Of a DNA stretch of 64,000 bases, positions 54,901 through 62,272 are shown piece after piece. A model generated the notes under the pieces. It saw nothing but the letters and a program-made list of their open reading frames with translations. It was not told the origin of the DNA and did no database searches. Position 1 is the first letter of the stretch. The number at the start of each line of letters is the position of its first letter. Source of the stretch: an uncultured Verrucomicrobiae bacterium (GTDB taxonomy: Bacteria > Verrucomicrobiota > Verrucomicrobiia > Chthoniobacterales > JAATET01); contig CAVRCI010000002.1 in assembly GCA_963719495.1 (NCBI GenBank), positions 224,001-288,000 of the forward strand, given 5' to 3'. The translations under genes were made by a program, and so were the position numbers.

Positions 54901-56184
54901 CTGGCGATTCTGGCCGCGGCCAACCGGGAGGCCGCGTTGCCCGAGATCGCGGAGGCGATCCGGCGGGAACGGGTGGGGATGAATGGATTTCAATCCCGGT
55001 CGGATTTTCTTTTGGTCATGCCGGAACTGATGGAGTGGCCGGAAGGGCGTTCGCTCGCGGTCGAGTGGGCCCGGCAGGCGGCTCGATCGCCGGCGTCGGG
55101 GAGCTCGGAAACGCAACGAGCGTCGCTGCCGGCGCGATTGATGATTCTCGCGGCCGAACTCGCCGGTGACGAGGAGGCCGTGCGGGAAGGTCTGACCCTG
55201 GGGGCGAAGTCGCTGATCGTCGAGATCACGTTGGACAACGAGATCGACTCGCGCAACGGCCACACCTGCCTCGTGGTGCTGAACGGGTTGTTCGCGCGCG
55301 GGATGAAGGAGGAGGCGGCGGAGTTGGTGAAGGCGATGGAGCCATTCGCAAAAGATGCCTACGGGCCGCTGACCGCGTCGGCGTTCCAAGCGGAGGTCGC
55401 GTTCGACGCGGGCGGGACGGGGCTCGTGGCCAAGGCGTGGGTGCGGCCCGGCGGAGATGGGGCCGAGTATGAATTGGCGCCGACGGCGGGAGAGTGGAAA
55501 ATTCTCGCGGCCAACGGGCAGGCGCTGATGGGGCGGCGGCCCCAAGTTCCGGCGGTCGAGGGCGTGGTGGAGTTGCTGGCCGGACCGGATGCCGACGAGC
55601 TGGAGCTGTTCGCGACGATCAAAGAGCCGTCGGTGCGGGGAACGTGGGAGGGTCGGCTGCCGGAAGGCACGAGATTTCTGCAAGCCCGGTTCGTTCCGGC
55701 GGAGGGGGATCCGACCAGCGTGAAACCCGTCGCCGTGAGCCGGGCGGAGAATTTATTTCCGGCAGAGATCGAATGGAAGGGGACCCAAAAAGGTTCGAAA
55801 ACTTGGACGCTCGCGGGCGGCGTCGAACCAACTGGGAGCTACCAGGCGTGGTTCACCGGCGGCACGAACGATCAGTTGCGCGCGGAGGGGCCGCGCGCCG
55901 AGATCGATCCAACCGGGACCTACCTGCTCTCCGGTTGGATTCGCGGCTACACGACGACCGAGGAGCGGGCGATGCTGGGCGTGCGGTTTCTGGATCGCGA
56001 CGGGAAGGAGATCGGGGCCGAGATCCCGGGAACGCCGCGCATCCTACACTGGAATCAGGTGAATCTCGTCCTGGGTGGATCCGCTGGCGGGATTCCCATT
56101 CCGGAGAACGCCCGATTCGTCGAGCCGCTGCTGCGGGGCGTATATCGCGTGGACTCCGCCGAGCTGTTTCTGGGGAAATGGTGA
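48937..56184 (+). CDS. Giant (2415 aa) secreted TPR protein with an inserted permuted ConA/DUF1349-like domain and a C-terminal CBM-like domain
   Basis: Signal peptide MKRMGIALAVSGLMAGVAWA; many TPR-like units (A...W.R.....P, A...YERAL.IDP); beta-sandwich motifs at aa ~1576-1753; C-terminal TYLLSGWIR..VRFLD.DG.EI..W.....IPENARF. Confidence 0.88.
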   Translation: MRIETTKVMKRMGIALAVSGLMAGVAWAGPDEISETGARYETMLERQPKRGTAFEKVYLEFLEAGRLDELRERWSARAEASPSYVLLLGYLDERREKLDEARAAFARYAEQAPDAPEGWEALAGLDHRAGRLAEAAAARRKALERTTDPERRIALYQELALELERQFLTEEATVVWRELAEEFADETLVLEEVSLALAQAGKTTEAREMLEGLAAKPELDAFQRVGIEARIAGLEELEGKTKQARERYDGLLASTRPGSWLHRDLRARIEASYRREDDLPGLVTYYEGRLEALPQDVESAIRLAEALRELRREGEALDWLKRAAEWAPDREELQIAYAEALMGAGNFPDAIVIWKRLIRENPETVDFRESLGETHWRAHEVASNAGGDGTKDRAAAIEAWRGMAPSDGNDLARVVALATVWESHDLTAEARTEYERALAIDPRASDVRERLAMLDLADGEKERAWAMMDGIVPVDGAEVRDYLYLSRLQQRVERTEASLATVESGLKNFPGDVDLLQQKLTLASASERWDTALAVCDELLAGAESAATAAEYEKRKVRILVAMDRAEVVAAELGARIGAEPGLSESELRLLIRLLEATPSEEDAMEAALAEAEARFPDSVGLIELRIAALEAVERTAEKIALLRRMAELDPSRRSAWLREVARIEFETLDDEGEAALATLRESVEASPADVETLVGAADLAGRNDRISDAETWYREASRLAERPADALLRLGSLFMGADRSDEAITVFEEAFEAETESQGKLGIIKQMTRAYLQGGRATEIIDRFERRQRAEGEGGWRYALYLSEIYFQISDYSAAREELERALASRPKDASLLRQLVAVAEREQNYEQVEKFQRLLADVEPGESTELELASTLLQNGNFADARPLLVENWDALTTRAGLLQSLLASAKTGATVEPFLAMIDARMAGDEAGLESRQRRLEIALVTEDPEASRKRALDLWRDLQSEKLSPPSVDPNGPRSSPSPIFAYLGMTVSEESQALAMALQVRQMTASAVESMFRENQSRGSGSYLQSQFASMGKIAETYPGEVALAWYAALTDQVGDTKTAAAELAAKLAAGGASAGELLTAMVVMRDPDQLNEAVRGVIAANPAGGTLDRFALGLLAWRGAGYSLDPELVRQLLARTGTDEPEWTNAPAARAQAWLDVGEPERARSLTAEWAKNDPLEGDGEISAVLTTALRVDSVEAYETVLRRYAEKIAADPSLGVSYSRLSAFTMPGAVYHYSGGEPERMGPEDVSEYRRAGLRFLLQTHDASAGAASGSSSFYGEFRPLTDAGAFVPTKLLGLPDLSVIDNTVRNALRQGGKIDDWIATIEGLRDDVGADAPDDERDRLDLILAILQASDRRMEPALATIRELREKRDDPALDVVEAKMLMDDGDERAALELLDAVPRSAGDVRRYADLYRLDALTRLGERDDAEKLLSELTRGRRVTASGERNFLQNFERRLKGATTTTQPSPSQTVAQEAQSLAALKKDGKLDDANRLAEKLLRLDPFGGGNNSYAIGRAMSFLEKEDLQKYQAEWREVLDRSPRSARHLYLMARSWQYVSVVKRAWVERTDVELPVWLRLSRTGSELTAESSKDGETWKALSGMTFDADGPVLVGIAISSHDPKLPTAADFEAVALTGDAPASEGKGELVDGWRSVDVGKVAAGGGAEIADGSVSIRSAGDDIAEGKDSFRYVYRNLPSDGTITAKVTRIDPGHDWAKAGLMVRESLEPLSRFGMALVTPSKRVLFQARETVDGKEPVPELEYWAKLVEVRASDDDVRRSYARALRKAGREDESLAVLDEMLKRDPLEAMRNSHDLIRAYESADRLGDLVAFVEGYDLSRPDQQRDYRVADFVSNLAEKMGSKDPKKAVAFVSGVIERISPTETAEMRVARAKIQIAHGTEEEKRAALRDLILPTFGEGTAASAVEPTVYRRSLNNSIRHGDYDFEPSGAEYLGLLRENGMLEEIADALEAEEGSGHGSQQADPIRLAILAAANREAALPEIAEAIRRERVGMNGFQSRSDFLLVMPELMEWPEGRSLAVEWARQAARSPASGSSETQRASLPARLMILAAELAGDEEAVREGLTLGAKSLIVEITLDNEIDSRNGHTCLVVLNGLFARGMKEEAAELVKAMEPFAKDAYGPLTASAFQAEVAFDAGGTGLVAKAWVRPGGDGAEYELAPTAGEWKILAANGQALMGRRPQVPAVEGVVELLAGPDADELELFATIKEPSVRGTWEGRLPEGTRFLQARFVPAEGDPTSVKPVAVSRAENLFPAEIEWKGTQKGSKTWTLAGGVEPTGSYQAWFTGGTNDQLRAEGPRAEIDPTGTYLLSGWIRGYTTTEERAMLGVRFLDRDGKEIGAEIPGTPRILHWNQVNLVLGGSAGGIPIPENARFVEPLLRGVYRVDSAELFLGKW

Positions 56185-56240
56185 TTCATCGTTCGGAATT
56201 TCGCTGGGTTGCGCGGGGGACCGACAGTTAGGCTTTTGGC

Positions 56241-58403
56241 GTGGAAGTCCCGGATCTCTTGTTGTCGCATTCGCGGCTGGCGGCGTGGGCCTGGGACGTC
56301 CGGACCGATACGGTCCGGTGGTCGCCGGAGCTGCGGGTGATGCTGGGTTACGAAGCCGGGGATCCAGAGCCGAATTGGGCCAACCACCAGGAGTTGCTGA
56401 CGCCGAGCAGCTTCCGACGCCTCGAGGCGGCGGTCGGGCGGTGCCTGGGCTCGGGCGAGCCGTATCGTCTGCGGCTCGAATTCATCGGCAAGGCTGGGAA
56501 GCGGCTCCACGTCGAAAATCACGGAGCGGTGGCGGAATGGGAGGACGGCAAACCGGTCCGGTTGACCGGCGTCTGCGTCGACCGGACGGCTGAGCAGCGG
56601 GCGATGCAAAGCCTGCGCCAGACAACTCGGCTGCTCAGCAAGACGGCGCAGATCGGGCGAATCGGGGGTTGGCAGTGGAACCTCGTTTCCCGCCAGATGA
56701 CGTGGTCGGCGGAGATGTACCGGGTGCACGGAGTCGGGCGGGATTTCGAACCGACGCTGGCCGGAATGGTCGGTCTCTACCCCGCCGAGAGTCGCGCGCT
56801 GCTCGAGACCGTGATCGCGCGTCCCGAGGAAACGGGCGAGCCGGGTGAGTTGGAGTTGGATTTGACCGGTCCCGACGGCAAACGGAGGCGGCTGCGCTGG
56901 ATCACCGAGTGCGAGTGGGTGCAAGGAGCGACGGTGATCAGCGGAACGACGCAGGACATCACGCTGGATCACGGCCTGCAGACCGAACGAAACCTGCTTT
57001 TCAATTTGTCGCGGGATCTGTTGGGAATCGCGGATTTCAACGGGCGTTACACGCAGGTCAATCCGGCCTGGACGAAAACCCTGGGTTGGAGCGAGAGCGA
57101 GATGGCGGGGCGGCGTTGGATCGATCTGGTCCATCCGGATGATTTGGAGGCCACCCTGGAAGCGGGTTCGGCTCTGGAGCGCGGCGACGAGGTCGCCTCG
57201 TTCACGAACCGGTTGCGGTGCCGGGACGGATCCTATCGGACGGTTTCGTGGAAGGCGGTGCCGGTGCCGACGGAGGACCGGATCGTGTTCGTCGCTCGCG
57301 ATACGACGGAGGAAATGTCGGCTCAGCGTGAGCTGGACGAGCGGCGACGGACGATCGATGCGATCCTGGAGCACTCGCTGGCCGGGTATTGGGATTGGCA
57401 CATCGAGCGCGACGAAGAGGTGGTGAGCGAGACCTTCCGACGGATGTTCGGTTACGGGGAGACGGAGCGGGACGGGTGGCCGGTACCGTGGCGGCGGCTG
57501 ATTCTTTCCGAGGATCTGCCGAAGGCGCGGGCGGCTTTTCGAACCCACGCGGCGAGCCGGGGGACCGTCCCGTTCTCGAGCGAGCTGCGCTGTCTGCACC
57601 GGGACGGGTCGATCATGTGGGTCCTGGCGGCGGGTTCCGTGGTGGAATGGTCCGACGCGGGAGCGCCCCTCCGGATGGTGGGTTGCTGCATGGACGTGAC
57701 GAAGGCGAAGCTGCAGGAGCTGGAGCGCCACGCGGCGGAGCGAGCGCTGAGCGGGGCCGCGCTCGAGGAGCGTCGGAGGCTGGCCTTCCACATGCACGAT
57801 GGGGTGGGCCAGTTGCTGACGGCCGCGTCCATGGGTGCCAAGCGGCTGGCGGATTCGCGAGACCTCGCCGACGAGGTGCGCGAGGAGGCGGGCAAGATCC
57901 AGGGTGTTGTCGGCGAGACGCACCGCCGGATCCGCGCCATCACGCGGGGATTGGTGCCGGAGGAAGTCCACGCTGGTAATTTCAATGGCTCGGTGGGGCG
58001 GCTCACCGAAGCGTGCGCGGCGGGATTTCAGATCGAGTGCCGTTTCGAGAGCGACTCGGAGTCGCAGATTCCGTCCCGCTTCGTGGCGCTCCAGCTTTAC
58101 CTCATCATTCAGGAGGCGATCCTGAACGCGGTGCGCCACGGCGAGGCGCTCGTGGTGACGGTCAAACTCGAGAAGGTCGACGGTCAGCTGGAGATTTCCA
58201 TCACCGACGACGGGAGCGGGATCGACGTCCGCGACGACAGCGATGCCGGCTTCGCGCCGCGGGGCCTCGGTCTGCGGAGCATGGCGGCGAGGGCCCGGGA
58301 CGCCGGGGGGAGAATGGACATCGACCGGGTGCCGGGCGGCGGGACCCGGGTGTTGTGCCGGGTGCCGGCGGCCGAGCTGGTCGAGGATCCGACGATCTCC
58401 TAG
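56241..58403 (+). CDS. Cytoplasmic multi-PAS sensor histidine kinase (HisKA_3/NarX-type)
   Basis: Four PAS/PAC-like units (W.WD...WS; GGWQW; VNPAW...LGW...HPDD; GYWDW); EERRRLAFHMHDGVGQLL; QEAILNAVRHG; DDGSG; GLGLRSM; no TM segment. Confidence 0.93.
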   Translation: MEVPDLLLSHSRLAAWAWDVRTDTVRWSPELRVMLGYEAGDPEPNWANHQELLTPSSFRRLEAAVGRCLGSGEPYRLRLEFIGKAGKRLHVENHGAVAEWEDGKPVRLTGVCVDRTAEQRAMQSLRQTTRLLSKTAQIGRIGGWQWNLVSRQMTWSAEMYRVHGVGRDFEPTLAGMVGLYPAESRALLETVIARPEETGEPGELELDLTGPDGKRRRLRWITECEWVQGATVISGTTQDITLDHGLQTERNLLFNLSRDLLGIADFNGRYTQVNPAWTKTLGWSESEMAGRRWIDLVHPDDLEATLEAGSALERGDEVASFTNRLRCRDGSYRTVSWKAVPVPTEDRIVFVARDTTEEMSAQRELDERRRTIDAILEHSLAGYWDWHIERDEEVVSETFRRMFGYGETERDGWPVPWRRLILSEDLPKARAAFRTHAASRGTVPFSSELRCLHRDGSIMWVLAAGSVVEWSDAGAPLRMVGCCMDVTKAKLQELERHAAERALSGAALEERRRLAFHMHDGVGQLLTAASMGAKRLADSRDLADEVREEAGKIQGVVGETHRRIRAITRGLVPEEVHAGNFNGSVGRLTEACAAGFQIECRFESDSESQIPSRFVALQLYLIIQEAILNAVRHGEALVVTVKLEKVDGQLEISITDDGSGIDVRDDSDAGFAPRGLGLRSMAARARDAGGRMDIDRVPGGGTRVLCRVPAAELVEDPTIS

Positions 58404-58819
58404 TTCGGACGCGGCGGCCGCGGGTAAACGGCGAGGATGAGCGCGGCGGCCAGAAGGACGACGTCGCGGACGAGGGTGGTGACCATTCGCTCGCGGGAGG
58501 GTGCGGTCTCGCCGAAGCAGCCGCAGTCGACGATGAGACCCTGACTGAGAGCCCAACCGAGGGCGGCGGTGAAGGTGACAAGGAGGGTCGCGGTGAGGAT
58601 CGCGCCCCAGCGGACGGTTCGCGGGACGAGGAGCAGGATCGCGGCGAGGATTTCGAACCACGGGAGGATGATCGCGAAGGCCGTGACGGTAGCCGGGGGG
58701 AGGATGGTGAATTGCGCGATGGTGATCGCGAACCCTTCGCTGGCTCCGGCTTTGACCAAGCCCGCGGCGAGGAAGAGCGCGGCGAGGAGGAGGCGGGTGG
58801 CTAGGTGGAGGTGACGCAC
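58400..58819 (-). CDS. MauE/DoxX-family membrane protein
   Basis: RLLLA.LFL.AG..K, LPWFEI, DCGCFG, RD. Confidence 0.88.
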   Translation of the reverse strand: MRHLHLATRLLLAALFLAAGLVKAGASEGFAITIAQFTILPPATVTAFAIILPWFEILAAILLLVPRTVRWGAILTATLLVTFTAALGWALSQGLIVDCGCFGETAPSRERMVTTLVRDVVLLAAALILAVYPRPPRPN

Positions 58820-58820
58820 G

Positions 58821-58860
58821 GTGAGTGGTGACTGGTGAGTGGTGAATAGTGAATGGTGGG
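58821..58860 (+). repeat. Heptamer tandem array, GTGANTR x5 followed by GTGGG
   Basis: gtgagtg gtgactg gtgagtg gtgaata gtgaatg gtggg, immediately upstream of the minus-strand GTG start at 58819. Confidence 0.85.
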
Positions 58861-58933
58861 AATTACCGATGCGGTCTTCCGGCTTCTTCAGCGTTGTGGG
58901 TGGGGTGGGCGAGATGGGTGAGGAGTGTGAGCC

Positions 58934-58961
58934 AGAGATGCTTCGCTTCGCTCAGCATGAC
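58934..58961 (+). repeat. Solo arm AGAGATGCTTCGCTTCGCTCAGCATGAC
   Basis: 28/28 identical to 62216-62243. Confidence 0.9.
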
Positions 58962-58993
58962 AGGTTTTTTTTGGGGGATGGGCTTGCCTTAGG

Positions 58994-59842
58994 CTAGCTG
59001 CGGAGTGGCTGGACCGCTTCCAGCGTGTCGATGACTTGTCTGGCCGCTGCGACGTTGTGGACCCGGAAGATGGCGGCTCCCCGTTGGTGGCCGGCGACGA
59101 GGCAGGCTGCGGTGCCGGGGTCGCGGTCGTTGGGGTTCGGGCGGCCGAGGACCTCGCCGATGACCGTTTTGCGTGAGACCGGGAGGAGGATGGGGCGGCC
59201 GAGGGTGGCGAGGCGGTCGAGGTGGCGGTAGACGGTGAGGTTGTCGGCGCGCTGTTTAGCGAAGTCGATGCCGGGATCGAGGATGATGCGGTCGAACGGG
59301 AGGCCGGCGGCGGTGGCTTGGGCGATCCGCGCTTCGAAGAACTCGAGGATGTCGGCGATCACGTCGGGATAAGCCGTCGTGAGGTGCGGGACCTTGGGTG
59401 CCCCCCGGGTGTGCATGATGAGGAGCGCGGCTCCGTGGGCGGCGCAGAGGCGGGCATTTTCGTCGGTGGGGAGGCCGCCCATGTCGTTGAGGAGATCGGC
59501 GCCGGCGGCGAGGGCGGCGGCGGCCACGGTGGGACGCCAGGTGTTGACCGAGAGGATTGCGGATTGCGGATTGCGGATTGCGGATTGGAAGGCTGCGATC
59601 ACCGGGAGGAGGCGGTCGATTTCCTCCTGTTCGCTGATGGGCGGGCGGTTCGTGCGGGCGCTTTCGGCTCCGACGTCGAGGATTTCGGCGCCGTCGCGGA
59701 TGAGGTCCGCCATTCGCCCGGTGGCCCAGCCGGGATCGAGCGATCCGTCGTCGCAGAACGAATCGTCGTTCACGTTGAGGATGCCCATGACGAGCGGGCG
59801 GCGGGGGAAGGTGAGGTGGTGGTGTCGGGCGCGGAGTTCCAT
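58994..59842 (-). CDS. folP: Dihydropteroate synthase
   Basis: MGILNVNDDSF.D, DVGAESAR, LNDMGG, IMH, DPGIDFAK, SRK, FRVHNV. Confidence 0.95.
   Translation of the reverse strand: MELRARHHHLTFPRRPLVMGILNVNDDSFCDDGSLDPGWATGRMADLIRDGAEILDVGAESARTNRPPISEQEEIDRLLPVIAAFQSAIRNPQSAILSVNTWRPTVAAAALAAGADLLNDMGGLPTDENARLCAAHGAALLIMHTRGAPKVPHLTTAYPDVIADILEFFEARIAQATAAGLPFDRIILDPGIDFAKQRADNLTVYRHLDRLATLGRPILLPVSRKTVIGEVLGRPNPNDRDPGTAACLVAGHQRGAAIFRVHNVAAARQVIDTLEAVQPLRS
59554..59588 (+). repeat. Heptamer tandem array, GGATTGC x4 plus GGATTGG, inside folP
   Basis: Encodes QSAIRNPQSAI on the minus strand. Confidence 0.92.
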
Positions 59843-59920
59843 CGTCGGCGGGTGGCCCGGGGTGCTTCGGGCTTGTGAAGAATGGGATTCTCTTCCACCC
59901 TCCGCCGGGAATCAATCGCC

Positions 59921-60967
59921 ATGAGTTTTATCGAATCGGTCTACGAAAAGTTGCGACGTCACCCGAAGCGGATCGTCTTCCCGGAGGGCGACGATCCGCG
60001 CGTGCTGCGGGCGGCGCAAACGTTCTTCGAAGAGGGCCTCGGGGTCCCGGTGCTGCTGGGGCGGCGAGAGGTGATCGAAAAGGTCGCGCTCGCCGAGAAG
60101 CTCTCGCTCGATCACGTGGCGATCATCAATCCCGAGACTTCGTCCGACCTGCCGCGTTTCTGCGAGTGGATCGAAAAATTGGACCGTTACCGGGGGTATG
60201 GGATCAACGATTCGAAGGCCATCATGGTGAACCGCAATTACTTCGGCGCGATGATGCTGCAGCTTGGCCTGGTCGACGGGCTGGTCGGGGGTGTGAGTTC
60301 CTACGGGGGTTCGTTGCTGCGTCCGTTGCTCCAGATCGTGAAGCGGTTTCCGCACGCGGAGGTCATAGCCGGCTGCATGGTCGTGTCGGTGCCGGACAGT
60401 TCGTTCGGCGACGACGGGGTGTTGTTTTTCAGCGATTGCGGCGTGGTGCCCGAGCCGACGATGGAGCAACTGGCTTCCATCGCGTTGCAGACCGGCATGC
60501 TGGCCCGGCAGGTCTTCGCGGCGAAGGCCCGCGTGGCGCTGCTGAGCTTTTCGACGAAAGGAAGCGCGATCACGCCGGCGACCGAGCGGGTCTCGCGAGC
60601 GGCGACGCTCACCCGCGAGCTCGCGACGAAATACGGGATCGAGATGGAAGTGGACGGAGAGCTCCAGGCCGACACGGCGCTCATTCCCGAGCTGGCCGGC
60701 ATCAAGGCACCGGGTGGAATGGTCGCGGGCAACGCGAATTGCCTGATCTTCCCGGACCTCAACTCCGGCAACATCTCGGTCAAACTGGTGCAGCACCTGG
60801 CGAAGGCGCGGGTCTACGGTCAGCTGGTCCTCGGGCTCATGCGACCGGCGGCCGAGCTGTCGCGCGGCACGCACCCCGACGAGATCGTGAGCGTGGCGGC
60901 GCTGGTCGGCCTGCAGGCCATCGAGTATCGAAAACTCTATCCGCAGGAGCAGGCGGCGGTGCTGTAA
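59921..60967 (+). CDS. pta: Phosphate acetyl/acyltransferase catalytic domain (PTA_PTB)
   Basis: KRIVFPEGDDPRVL.AA, DCGVVPEP, VALLSFSTKGS, DGELQ.D.AL, N.LIFPDLNSGNI..K, LSRG. Confidence 0.88.
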   Translation: MSFIESVYEKLRRHPKRIVFPEGDDPRVLRAAQTFFEEGLGVPVLLGRREVIEKVALAEKLSLDHVAIINPETSSDLPRFCEWIEKLDRYRGYGINDSKAIMVNRNYFGAMMLQLGLVDGLVGGVSSYGGSLLRPLLQIVKRFPHAEVIAGCMVVSVPDSSFGDDGVLFFSDCGVVPEPTMEQLASIALQTGMLARQVFAAKARVALLSFSTKGSAITPATERVSRAATLTRELATKYGIEMEVDGELQADTALIPELAGIKAPGGMVAGNANCLIFPDLNSGNISVKLVQHLAKARVYGQLVLGLMRPAAELSRGTHPDEIVSVAALVGLQAIEYRKLYPQEQAAVL

Positions 60968-60979
60968 ACGGGATCCGAT

Positions 60980-62089
60980 TTGAACCAGACCACGCCCCGC
61001 ATCTTCGTCGCCGCGACGGAGCAGGATACCGGCAAGACGACCACGTCGCTCGGTCTCTACGGCGTGCTGCGGAAGCGGTTCCCGAAGATCGGCTTCATCA
61101 AGCCGGTGGGTCAGCGCTTCACCGAAGTCGAAGGCATGCGGATCGACGAGGATAGCGTGCTCATCCGCGACACCTACGGGACGGACACGCCGATCGCGGA
61201 CATGAGCCCGATCGCGGTGGAACCCGACTTCACGCGGCGATACATCGAGAAGGCGAACAACGATTTTCTGGTCAAACGGATCCGGCATTCGTTCGACCGC
61301 GCGACGTGGGAGAAGGAATTTGCGATCATCGAAGGGACCGGGCACGCGGGCGTCGGGTCGGTCTTCGACCTTTCCAACGCCCACGTGGCGAAGCTGCTCG
61401 AGAGCAAGGTCATCCTCGTGACACCCGGGGGGATCGGACGGCCGATCGACGAGGCGGCGCTCAACAAGGCGCTCTTCGATTCGATGGGCGTCGAGGTGAT
61501 CGGCGTGGTGATGAACAAGGTCGTTCCGTCGAAGATGGATTACATCACGGATTTTGCGAAACGTGGATTCGAGCGGCTGGGCTTGGAATTACTCGGCGTC
61601 ATCCCGCAGGAGCGGTTGCTGGCCGAGCCGACGCTCACGGACATTTGCGCGAAGATTCGCGGCGAAGTGCTCAGCGGCGGCGGCGAGCTTCGGCGGCGGG
61701 TGGCGAACGTCATGATCGGGGCGATGCGCCCAACGAACGTGTTGAGTCGACTCGAGGAGCGAACGCTGCTGATCACGCCGGGCGACCGGGAGGATATCAT
61801 TCTCGCGGCTCACTCCGAGGCGGAGCAGCAGGCGGTGAAGGGTGGAAAATCCATCACCGGCCTCGTGCTGTCCGAGTCGCTTCGACCGACGGGGCCGGTG
61901 GCGAACATCATCGCGAATTCCTGTCTGCCGGTGATCGCTTCGCCGATGGACAGTTACACGATCGCGAGCCGGATCAATGGGATGACGGTCAAGACGCTGC
62001 CCGGCGATTCCGATAAAATCACGCGGATTCAAGAGCTGGTCAGCGAGCACGTCGACGTGGACCGGATGCTCGAGAAGATCGGGGTGTAG
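60980..62089 (+). CDS. Stand-alone BioD-like P-loop + DRTGG protein (homologue of the class II Pta N-terminal domain)
   Basis: IFVAATEQDTGKTT, GFIKPVG, IIEGTGH, GVVMNK, LLITPGDREDI. Confidence 0.88.
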   Translation: MNQTTPRIFVAATEQDTGKTTTSLGLYGVLRKRFPKIGFIKPVGQRFTEVEGMRIDEDSVLIRDTYGTDTPIADMSPIAVEPDFTRRYIEKANNDFLVKRIRHSFDRATWEKEFAIIEGTGHAGVGSVFDLSNAHVAKLLESKVILVTPGGIGRPIDEAALNKALFDSMGVEVIGVVMNKVVPSKMDYITDFAKRGFERLGLELLGVIPQERLLAEPTLTDICAKIRGEVLSGGGELRRRVANVMIGAMRPTNVLSRLEERTLLITPGDREDIILAAHSEAEQQAVKGGKSITGLVLSESLRPTGPVANIIANSCLPVIASPMDSYTIASRINGMTVKTLPGDSDKITRIQELVSEHVDVDRMLEKIGV

Positions 62090-62125
62090 GGTGGGCTGGC
62101 CGCCGAAAGGCGTCCGGATTCCGAT

Positions 62126-62251
62126 CCAAACCCTGTCATCCTCGAGCGGAGCGAAAGATCTCTGGCTTCCCAGGGTGGGCGCACCGTGTGAGTGGGGAGG
62201 CAGTAAGTGTGGGCGAGAGATGCTTCGCTTCGCTCAGCATGACGGGGTTGG
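62126..62251. repeat. Inverted-repeat element (TGTCATCCTCGAGCGGAGCGAAAGATCTCT ... AGAGATGCTTCGCTTCGCTCAGCATGACG)
   Basis: Imperfect inverted arms of about 36 nt around a spacer of about 50 nt, between convergent genes; the right arm is repeated at 58934. Confidence 0.85.
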
Positions 62252-62272
62252 GGGAGGGGGCGAAGCGGTCGG

